The notes below the pieces were generated by a model that saw only the letters and a program-made list of their open reading frames with translations, did no database searches and was not told the DNA's origin. Shown here piece by piece: positions 46,019 through 54,686 of a stretch of DNA of 64,000 nt (positions are counted from its first letter, which is position 1; each line of letters opens with the position of its first letter). Origin of the DNA: Vicinamibacterales bacterium (lineage in GTDB: Bacteria > Acidobacteriota > Vicinamibacteria > Vicinamibacterales > JAMQPK01); assembly GCA_963775345.1 (NCBI GenBank), contig CAVZIS010000006.1, positions 344,786-408,785 on the forward strand, read 5' to 3'. A program made the position numbers and the translations under genes.

Positions 46019-47139
46019 TAGTCAGGATAGCGGTACTCGTTCTCTCCACGCTAATCATTCCGGCGTCTGTCTCGCACCCGGTCTTCGAGTTGGCCGGGGC
46101 GTGGCGTGCTGCCCAGCAGCGAGCGGACGCACCGCCAACGTTTCAAGTCGATCGCGCCTGGCTGAAATTACCCGGGAAATGGAAGCTGGGAGACGCCTCC
46201 AGCGTCGCAGTCGATGCACGGGATCATGTCTGGGTGCTTCACCGCCCACGAACCCTTCCCCCCGACCAGATCGCGAGCGCCGCGCCGCCCGTGCTGGAGT
46301 TCGATGCGGCCGGTAACTTCATTCAAGGCTGGGGTGGACCGGGGAATGGATACCAGTGGCCGGAGAGGGAGCACGGCCTCTATGTGGACTACAGGGACCA
46401 CGTGTGGATCGGAGGCAACAATTGCCCCGGCAGCAAGCTTCCTGGACTCAAGCCCGTCGCAGATGACCAGCTCGTCAAGTTCACCACAACTGGCAAATTT
46501 GTGATGCAGGTCGGCCGGAGTAATGCGAGCGGTGGTAACAGCGATACACGCAATCTACACAGACCCGCGGACGTATCTGTGTATCGGAAGACGAACGAGG
46601 TGTTCGTGGCAGATGGGTACGGCAACCACCGCGTGATTGTTTTCGATGCAGAGACCGGCGTATTCAAACGGGCCTGGGGCGCGTTTGGCAACAAACCGAT
46701 AGATGACGACCACTGTCCCGCGGCCCCCGCTCCTCCAATCACCAAAGATGGGAGCCCTGGTCCTCAACAGTTCGCTATTGTCCACGCGGTTCGCGTGTCG
46801 AATGATGGGCTGGTCTACGTCGCCGATCGAGAGAACAGACGGGTCCAGGTGTTCAGCATCGAGGGCAAGTTCATCGATCAGGTCTTCGTGGGCCGCCAGC
46901 CAGAGACCGGAGGGGCGTCCGTCGTCGCCTTCTCGTCGGACCCGCAGCAGCAGTTTCTCTACGTCGGAGGCGGTTCGCTGATAACAGTTCTCGATCGCAA
47001 GACACTCGCGCCCAGAAGCGCCTTTGGCGGCAAAGGAGTCTTGGTTGGAATCCACCACATGGCGGTCGACACCAAAGGCAACGTTTTCGTTGCGGCGCTC
47101 GGCCAAGGCATCCAAAAACTTGTTCCTGACGGCCGTTGA
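46015..47139 (+). CDS. PAL-like (peptidyl-alpha-hydroxyglycine lyase-like) NHL-repeat beta-propeller, secreted (copy B, intact)
   Basis: 374 aa with an N-terminal hydrophobic anchor/signal. NHL-type blades: SSVAVDARDHVWVLHR, HGLYVDYRDHVWIGG, PADVSVYRKTNEVFVADGYGNHRVIVFDAETG, HAVRVSNDGLVYVADRENRRVQVFS, HHMAVDTKGNVFVAA. The start overlaps the Rieske-B stop. Confidence 0.75.
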   Translation: MIVRIAVLVLSTLIIPASVSHPVFELAGAWRAAQQRADAPPTFQVDRAWLKLPGKWKLGDASSVAVDARDHVWVLHRPRTLPPDQIASAAPPVLEFDAAGNFIQGWGGPGNGYQWPEREHGLYVDYRDHVWIGGNNCPGSKLPGLKPVADDQLVKFTTTGKFVMQVGRSNASGGNSDTRNLHRPADVSVYRKTNEVFVADGYGNHRVIVFDAETGVFKRAWGAFGNKPIDDDHCPAAPAPPITKDGSPGPQQFAIVHAVRVSNDGLVYVADRENRRVQVFSIEGKFIDQVFVGRQPETGGASVVAFSSDPQQQFLYVGGGSLITVLDRKTLAPRSAFGGKGVLVGIHHMAVDTKGNVFVAALGQGIQKLVPDGR

Positions 47140-47297
47140 TGTAGATCCTCACCATCTCACGATATGAACGTCATTGACGCTTGAGAGGCCGCATGCTACA
47201 AGTGGCCGCTCCATAACAATTAGACAGTCTATCGGCGTCCGCCGTCGGTGGGGCACTTGAACACCATGGCGCCCACAGATTTCGCAAGGAGGTCCCA

Positions 47298-50226
47298 ATG
47301 TCCCGATCCGCATGGTTACCGGCGGCGCTCGGCGTGGTCCTGGCAACGGCGATTGTGGGCGCGCAAGGTGGCGGATCCGCCCTTCAAGGCCGCGTGACCG
47401 ACGAGCAGCAGGCCGTCCTTCCCGGTGTCACCATCACCGTCACCCATCAGGAGAGCGGAACGTTTCGCGAAACGGTCTCGGGTCAGGACGGTGCGTACTT
47501 CGTGCCGGGCCTTGTTCCCGGGCGCTATCGTGTCGCGGCCGATCTCGCGGGATTCAAGAAATTCCTGCGCGAAGACGTGAATCTGCTTCTGGGAAACACG
47601 CAGACGCTCGATCTTCGGCTCGAGGTCGGCGGCGTGACCGAGACGGTCACGGTGACCGAGGAGGCGCCGGCCGTCGACCTGACCTCGGCGCGCGTCGGCG
47701 GAAACGTGGCATCGCGTGAGCTGCTCGATCTGCCATCTCCCACCCGCAACTTCATTTCGTTCGTGGCCATGGTGCCGGGCGTGCAGCTGAATCCGAGCGC
47801 TGAAGGATCCGATTCGATCAGCGTCAACGGTCAGAGCAGCAATCAGGTCACCTTCGTGCTGGACGGCGGCAACAACACCGACGACAACTCTGCCTCGCCA
47901 TCGGGTGCGCAGGCGCGAACGCCGCTCGAGACAGTCGAAGAATTCCAGGTCCAGACCAATCAGTTCGACGTCGAGTTCGGGCGAACGACCGGCGGCGTCG
48001 TCAATGCCATCACCAAGCGGGGGACCAACGCGTTCAGAGGCTCGGCCTTCGGGTACCTGACGAACTCGGCGATGACAGCGCCGACAATCCTGGCCGAGCT
48101 GGCGGGCGAAGGCGAATCGGATACCGACAAGCATCAGTATGGCGTCACCTTTGGCGGTCCCATCATCCGCGACAAGCTGCATTTCTTCGGGAGCTTCGAG
48201 CGGTATGTCGTCGGCACGGGTCTCACCAATGTGTTTCCGACCAGACCGGAGCTCAACTGGAGCGCGAAGGAGGGGTTGAACGGCAGAAATTATATGGTTC
48301 GCGTCGACCATCAGATCAACGCGAACAACACATATACGGCGCGATATCTGACCGAACGCCAGCCCAATCGCGACCTGTTGACCGGCGAGCGCGCGACGCT
48401 CAGCACTGGGAACTACGAGCTGGACACCGACCAGACTGCAAGCGTGGCATATAACCGCGTGATCGGCACGAGGGCGCTGAATACGGTCCGGGCGTCAATC
48501 GAGACCGAAGACATCCAGCGCGGGGCCGAGCCAGGCACTTTTCTTGAAACGAACCGGAAAGATCTGGAGGCTCCCGTCCTCCGGTTCCTGAGCTTTGACG
48601 AGCAGGGGCACACCAACGGCCAGCATCGCAACGCCCAGGCGCCAGGCATTGATGACACGTTCAGTTTGTTCGTGCCGGGCAAAGCGGGCGATCACGATCT
48701 GAAATTCGGATTCCAGTATTTGTACGCCAAGAACGAGCTGTCCGAGCAAGGCAGCATGAACGGCGTGTTCTCGTTCCCCGGCGATCGCCCGTTCAATGCC
48801 GCTGATCCTTCGACCTACCCCGAACGTCTGTCGATTCGCGTGCCGGTTCCCGCCGGCGTGACGTCGTTCACCCATTCGTTCGGGTATTACGCTCAGGACA
48901 AGTGGCGGATCACACCGAAGCTGACGCTGAACTTTGGACTGCGCTACGACGTCGACATCTTTCCGTTCCTTCAGCCGCTGAATCCTCTTCTCGAATCCGG
49001 CGAATATCCGGTAGACATGAACAATTTCCAGCCGCGCGCCGGCTTTGCCTACAACATCGATGGACGATCGGTGATTCGCGGCGGCGTCGGCCGCTATTAC
49101 GAGAAATTCTTCATCGGTCAGGGCTCGCCGCTTCAGGAAACGGGCGTGTTATGGCAGATCCCTGATCGTCAACTTCCCCGTGAGTCAGCCCGACCCCGGT
49201 CCGAGCAACGGACGGCTTCCGACCGATCCGATGCTCGTGAATGGCCCCGTCGTGAATCGCGCACTGCTCAATCAGCTCTATCCCGCGGACGTTCTGACGC
49301 GGAACACGGGGACCGTGCAGATGGATTCGCCCGATCGGCAGATGCCGAGCTCGACGCAGTTCTCGACCGGCTACGAGCGCCAGCTCGGAGCGACGATGTC
49401 CTTCGGGCGTCGACTACATCCACAACGAAGGCCGTAACTGGATCGGTTACGACTTGAATCCCGCTCTGCGGGTCAATACCACCCGAACGGGAGCGGTGAA
49501 CCGCACCGATCTGTTGGGGCTTGCAAACACGCTCGGGATTTCTCCTTTCGCGAACTCGGTCAATCTTCGGTTCGACTACACTGGCAAAACCAGGTACGAT
49601 GGCCTCAACCTTCAGTTGGAGCGGCGGTTCGCGGGGTTCTGGAGCGCCCGGGCCGGTTACACGCTCGGCTACGCCCGCGGCAACAACAGCGGCGCCGCAT
49701 TGGCCAATAACAATTTTCAGCTGCTGGCCGAGAAGAATCTCGACCTGAATGAAGGGCCGCTGGATACCGATCGGCGCCACAATCTTATTCTGAACACCCG
49801 CGTGGAAGTGCCGCAGCTGCAAGGGCTTGACCGTCAGCGCGCTGTTCAGGTACATGAGCGGCAGACCGTTCAGCATCATCGACACGAACGTCGACCCGGA
49901 CAGGAACGGAATCCTGTTCGATCCGCTGCCGGCCGGCGAATACAGCGGCGTCGGTGAGACAGCGATCACGGTGAACAACAAGGGAGGTCGTAACGGCGCC
50001 TATGGACCCGATTACGCGCAACTGGATGCCCGGGTGGGGTATCGTCTTCGCATGCCCGGCTCGCGAACGCTCGACGTGTTCCTCGAGTGCTTCAATGTGA
50101 CCAACAGATCGAATTTCACGAATCCGTCGGGAGACAGAAGGCTGCCGAACCTTCCTCGTCAACAACGGGTTGGTCGCGGGCGGGTTCCCGCGACAACTGC
50201 AGGTCGGGACCCGGCTCGGCTTTTAG
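47298..50226 (+). pseudogene. TonB-dependent receptor (cassette type II, copy 5), 3' third frameshifted
   Basis: AGGAGG lies upstream of ATG 47298. The gene is intact for about 615 codons (QGRVTDEQQAVLPGVTITVTHQESGTFRETV...). Frame changes then occur at about 49150, about 49410, about 49830 and about 50150. The true end FPRQLQVGTRLGF* is at 50226. Confidence 0.85.
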
Positions 50227-50235
50227 GAGGAATCT

Positions 50236-51346
50236 ATGAGATTGCGATATGTCGATGCTTGTGCTCGGGCTAGTAGTGACTCGCGACCTTCGCGTCGACC
50301 GCCCAGAATGCCGCGGTTCACGAGAAGCTCTATGTCTCGCTCCAAGGCTTCGAGAAGGAGAGCCTGGCGGTCGTCGACACGGCGACCAACAAGGTCATCA
50401 AGACCCTGTCGGCCGGGGCGCACCCGCACGGCATGGCCTCGCCCCAGTCCCAGTCAATCCTCTATGTCGCAAGTGAGACCGAAGGCACCATAACGACGGT
50501 CGACACCACCCGGGACCAGGTCATCAAGACGCTGGATGTCGGCTTTGGCGTGGAACCTCAGGAGGGCGATATCACCCCGGATGGCCGCTTCCTGTATTGG
50601 CCCTCGTACGCCGGCTACTACCAGGTCTTCGATACCCAGAAGGAAGAGATCATCGAATACATCCACACCCTGGGCATCGGGCATAACACCGTGATGTCGC
50701 CCGATGGGCGATTTGTCTATCTGCTTCCCATCGCCGGCGGCGCCGGGTCACTGGCGGCGGCCTTCGCTGGGTCTGCCGCGGACGCAGCCGAAGGAAGTGA
50801 CCGTCGTCGATGCGAAAACCCATAAGGCCGTGGGGACGATTCCTCTCGGCTCGGGACCAAGGCCCGGGACCATCAGCCCCGACGGCAAGCGGATCTACAT
50901 GAACGTGGACAACCTGCTGGGATTCCTCGTCATCGATACCGCCGCGCGAAAGGTGATCTCGAAGGCGACCTACACGCTGACGCCGGATGAACAGGCCGTG
51001 CAGAGCCGGTCCCACGGGATCGCGGTTGCGAATGATGGCAAGGAAGTGTGGTCGACTGACGTCGTCCACAGCCTGGTCTTCGCATTTGACGTCACGGTGA
51101 CTCCGCCGAAGCAGATCGCACGGTTCCCGGTGGGGCGGCAGCCGTATTGGATTGTCACCATCGAAGGACACCAAGACCGTTTACGTGGCCAATCCGAGCA
51201 GTGACGAGGTGATCATCTTTGATGTGGCCACCAAGAAGGAAAAGGCGCGCATCCAATTTCCACCGAAGTCGCATCCCACGCGCATGCTGATGGTGGCCGC
51301 TCCGCGCACAGCGCGACCACAACTCTCGATGACGACAGTACACTGA
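50236..51346 (+). pseudogene. YVTN/YncE-like beta-propeller (copy C, type II), multiple frameshifts
   Basis: RBS taGGAGG, then ATG 50236. Ordered fragments: HEKLYVS..ESLAVVDTATNKVIKTL; ILYVASETEGTITTVDTTRDQVIKTL...YAGYYQVFDTQKEEIIEYIH; GHWRRPSLGLPRTQPKEVTVVDAKTHKAVGTIP...; TVYVANPSSDEVIIFDVATKKEKARI. Confidence 0.8.
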
Positions 51347-51372
51347 GGACTGGCGGCTCCGAGGACTGGACA

Positions 51373-51914
51373 ATGCTTCGGCGGGTGTTCGTTCGTCTAC
51401 GGGCTCATGCTCGTCGGCTTTGGCCGACGGGTATGGGCCCAGTTAGTCGAACCGGTCAGTCAAATACTTTCCGCTGACACATCCGATTCGCATCCCGCTC
51501 GCCGAGGTGAAGACGCCGTGGCAACCCGTGCCGTTTACTGCCGAAGCGATGGCGCCTGCCACCTCGACCACTGCAAGACGGCGAGTGCTCATCAGCGGGG
51601 TGTTGTTTCGACGATCAGAGTCGGACGACAACGCAACAAAAAACCTGAGCGCGCTTTGCCTCACCTGTCCGCATGAGCAATGTAAGGTCGATCTCGTCAC
51701 CGATCCCGCCCAACTGGCTCAGATGATCGGCCGGCCGGCGACGCATCCGCTCTTCGAATGCGCCTGTCATCAGAGCGTCTTCGATGCGTTGCAGGATGGT
51801 GAGCGGATATCGGGCGAAACGCCGCGCGGCTTGTACCGCTTTCGAATCACCAATGTCAGCGACAGTGCGGTCGAGATCGGTGAAATCGAAGAAATAGCGC
51901 TATTTGAGGTGTGA
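51373..51914 (+). pseudogene. Tat-Rieske protein (copy C); the Rieske domain is intact but the leader is separated by two frameshifts
   Basis: The 135-aa ORF 51507-51914 keeps CPHEQC...CACHQSVF. The twin-arginine start MLRRVF (ATG 51373) and the h-region YGLMLVGFGRRVWAQ lie in two other frames. Confidence 0.65.
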
Positions 51915-51930
51915 CCGTATACTGATGACA

Positions 51931-52085
51931 GTAGCGGACTTGGGCAGGCCTGAAAGGCCTGCGCTACCGATGTCGGCTTCTAATCGGGCAGGCCTAAAAG
52001 GCCTGCGCTACCGAGGTCCTTCACCGGTAGCGCAGGGCTTCAGCCCTGCCGCCGATCTGCGGTAGCGCGGGGCTTCAGCCCTGCC
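51931..52085. repeat. Cluster of four REP-like palindromic units (two forward, two inverted)
   Basis: GGGCAGGCCTGAAAGGCCTGCGCTACC (51942-51968), GGGCAGGCCTAAAAGGCCTGCGCTACC (51986-52012), GGTAGCGCAGGGCTTCAGCCCTGCC (52026-52050) and GGTAGCGCGGGGCTTCAGCCCTGCC (52061-52085). Confidence 0.85.
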
Positions 52086-52128
52086 ATCAGGCCGAACGCG
52101 ATAAGGAGCAATCCGATGCGGCGAGTAC

Positions 52129-53478
52129 TTGTTCCCGGCGGTGTTCTTGTTCATCATCGCTCTCGCGATAACCCTGCCTTCCGGTGTTGCCGTATCCGCC
52201 GCAGTGCCCGAGACGCCCACTTTCAACAAGGACGTTCTGTCGATTCTTCAAAAGAACTGTCAGGAGTGTCATCGGCCCGGCGCGATTGCCCCGATGTCCT
52301 TCATGACCTACCAGGAGACCCGCCCATACGCCCGGGCGATCTCCAAGGCGGTCGTCAGCAGGACGATGCCGCCGTGGTTTGCAGATCCGACGGTTGGTCA
52401 TTTTGAGAACACCAAGCTGCTGAGCGATGAACAGATCGCTACGTTGGTCGCGTGGGCCGACAAGGGCGCGGTTGAGGGCGATGCGAAGGACAAGCCTGCG
52501 CCTGTCGATTTTGCCGACGGATGGACGATTGGCAAGCCCGACATCATCGTGCAGATGCCGAAGACCATCGAGCTTCCGGCGACCGGCATCATCGATCAGT
52601 CAAATGTGCTCGTCTACGCGCATTTCGAAAAGGACATGTGGGTGAAAGCCGCCCAGGTGCTGCCCGGCAACGCGAAGGTCGTGCATCACATGAAGGCGTG
52701 GATCCGTCCGCCCGGTTCCGCGTGGATGGCGGATGCTCCCGAAGGGGTTCTCTACAATCCACCGCGTGGCGCGGGAGGACCGGCGCCGCAACCGGTCGCA
52801 CTGTCGGCGACGGGATATAAACCCGCTCAGGACATTCTTGCGAAGTACAACCCCGGTGTTGCGGGCCAGGAGTTCACAACGGGAAACGCCGCCAAATTCA
52901 TCGCCGCCGGCTCCGACATCGTCTTCGAGGCGCACTATACGACGACGGGGAAACCCGAAACAGATAGATCGTCGGTCGGCATCGTGCTGGCCGATGGACC
53001 ACCGACGCAACGGCATCTCACGACGACGGCGATCAGCGAGAGGAATTTCGAGATTCCGGCGGGCGATCCGCACTATGAAATCAGAGGCGAAGTCACCGTC
53101 GAGGAGCCCGCGAAGCTCGTCTGGATCCAGCCGCACATGCACTATCGCGGCACGTACTACGAGTTGAAGGTCGTGTACCCGGATGGTAAGGAAACGATGA
53201 TCGTGCGCGTTCCGAACTACCGGTTCGATTGGCAATTGGGTTACGAGCTGGCCGAGCCGGTGGATTTGCCGAAGGGCTCGAAGCTGATGACCGTTTCGTA
53301 CTACGACAATTCATCAGCCAACAGATTCAATCCCGATCCCGCCAGGAACGTGCGGTACGGTGCCCAGAGCTGGGATGAGATGAATGTCAGCTTCATCGGT
53401 ATTTTGATCGACGCGAAAGGAGACCCCGGGAGAGCGTTCCGCCGACGAGGGGCGCCGGTTCGCCAGGAGGTGGAGTAG
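52129..53478 (+). CDS. Cytochrome-c-domain / PHM-like (copper type II ascorbate-dependent monooxygenase-like) fusion protein, secreted
   Basis: Heme-c motif C44-Q-E-C-H48 in an N-domain (ILQKNCQECHRPG..MPPWFADP). PHM-type ligand pattern H186-H187, H269, H336-x-H338, M418. The ORF opens with TTG 52129. A better-placed ATG 52116 (AAGGAG at 52103-52108) is in another frame, which implies either a 1-nt indel at 52119-52129 or the TTG start. Confidence 0.75.
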   Translation: MFPAVFLFIIALAITLPSGVAVSAAVPETPTFNKDVLSILQKNCQECHRPGAIAPMSFMTYQETRPYARAISKAVVSRTMPPWFADPTVGHFENTKLLSDEQIATLVAWADKGAVEGDAKDKPAPVDFADGWTIGKPDIIVQMPKTIELPATGIIDQSNVLVYAHFEKDMWVKAAQVLPGNAKVVHHMKAWIRPPGSAWMADAPEGVLYNPPRGAGGPAPQPVALSATGYKPAQDILAKYNPGVAGQEFTTGNAAKFIAAGSDIVFEAHYTTTGKPETDRSSVGIVLADGPPTQRHLTTTAISERNFEIPAGDPHYEIRGEVTVEEPAKLVWIQPHMHYRGTYYELKVVYPDGKETMIVRVPNYRFDWQLGYELAEPVDLPKGSKLMTVSYYDNSSANRFNPDPARNVRYGAQSWDEMNVSFIGILIDAKGDPGRAFRRRGAPVRQEVE

Positions 53479-53493
53479 ACCGATCCGAGAATA

Positions 53494-53674
53494 GCGGTTC
53501 TAGGTTCTGCGTGCTGGGTTCCTGGTTTCTGGGTTCTGTCGGCGCCGTCGCGCGAGCCGCTAACCCGAACCGTAGAACCCCGACCCGCCGAACCCTGAAC
53601 CCCGAACCGTAGAACCCCGAACCGGCGAACCCCGAGCCGGCGAACCCAGCACTCCAGAACCCAGCACTCAGAAC
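53494..53674. repeat. About 180-nt inverted simple-repeat structure (GGTTC arrays facing GAACC arrays)
   Basis: The left arm gcggttctaggttctgcgtgctgggttcctggtttctggguuctg-like (53494-53538) faces a long right arm of gaacc/gaaccc units (53563-53674) that includes cagaacccagcactcagaaccag. Confidence 0.8.
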
Positions 53675-53676
53675 CA

Positions 53677-54633
53677 GTGAACCGTATGCTAGGATGCCGC
53701 CCACTTATGAGAACCATGAGAGTTGCGGTGCTTGCGGCGCTGTTCATGACCACGCTTACCGCGCGCCAGGCGATTCCGCAGGCGACGGGTCCGAACGTCG
53801 CACGCGATTTGCGTGGGGCGGTCGATATCCACGTTCATTCCGACCCCGACAAGGTTCCGCGCTCCCTGGACGGGCTCGAAGCGGCCCGGCTGGCCAAAGA
53901 GAAAGGCATGCGCGCGATCGTACTGAAGAGCCACTACGATCCGACAGCGGGTCTGGCTCTGCTGGCCCGCAAGCAGGCGCCCGGCATCGAGGTGTTCGGC
54001 GGAATCGATCTGAATCTTCCCGTCGGCGGCATGAACGTTCATGCGGTCGAGAACATGGTCCAGACCAACGGCCACTGGGGGCGGGTCGTGTGGATGTCTA
54101 CGTTCGATTCCGAGAATCAGGCTCGCGCGGGCAAGACGCCGCGTCCGTTCGTGCGCGTCTCGGCAAACGGCGAGCTGCTGCCGGAGACGAAGGCAGTCAT
54201 CGCGGCGATCGCCAAGCACAACCTGGTCATGGCGAGCGGTCACGTCTCGGCTGCAGAGACGCTGATGATGTTCGAAGAAGCCCGCAAGCTCGGCGTCCGC
54301 GGCATGGTCGCCACTCACGGAATGTCCCCGCCGACCTCGCTCACGGTGGAACAAGCCAGGAAGGCGACAGCGCTCGGCGCATTCATCGAGTTCTGTGGCG
54401 GAACGCTCGAAACGCCCACCGGGCAAGCCAAGGTCGATCGCTTCGCGGATGACATCCGTCAGGTTGGCGTCGATCACGCGATTATCTCTTCGGATCTCGG
54501 TCAGGGAGGCAATCCGCTGCCTGCCGACGGGCTCGCGACATTCATCGACGCGCTGCGAAAGAAAGGCTTTACCGATCAGGAGCTCGATCGGATCGCGAAG
54601 CAGAACCCTGCCAGGCTTCTCGGTCTTCCATAG
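53677..54633 (+). CDS. Secreted TIM-barrel metal-dependent hydrolase-like protein (amidohydrolase superfamily / DUF6282-like)
   Basis: Signal peptide MRVAVLAALFMTTLTA. Then DIHVHSDPD (HxH metal motif), later SGHVS and ATHG His motifs, and SSDLGQ (Asp). The family name is from memory. Confidence 0.5.
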   Translation: MNRMLGCRPLMRTMRVAVLAALFMTTLTARQAIPQATGPNVARDLRGAVDIHVHSDPDKVPRSLDGLEAARLAKEKGMRAIVLKSHYDPTAGLALLARKQAPGIEVFGGIDLNLPVGGMNVHAVENMVQTNGHWGRVVWMSTFDSENQARAGKTPRPFVRVSANGELLPETKAVIAAIAKHNLVMASGHVSAAETLMMFEEARKLGVRGMVATHGMSPPTSLTVEQARKATALGAFIEFCGGTLETPTGQAKVDRFADDIRQVGVDHAIISSDLGQGGNPLPADGLATFIDALRKKGFTDQELDRIAKQNPARLLGLP

Positions 54634-54672
54634 GTTCCCGGTTCCCGGTTCCGGGTTCCGGATTCCAGATTC
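54634..54672. repeat. GGTTCC-type simple tandem repeat
   Basis: ggttcccggttcccggttccgggttccggattccagattc starts at the upstream gene's TAG stop. Same family as 7512-7570. Confidence 0.9.
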
Positions 54673-54686
54673 GAGGAGAGTTGCTG

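Noticed and set aside
26114-51914. Cassette copies as a mobile element or integron-like array
   Set aside because: No transposase, integrase, recombinase, terminal inverted repeats or target-site duplications were seen at any copy boundary. Segmental duplication and deletion fit better.
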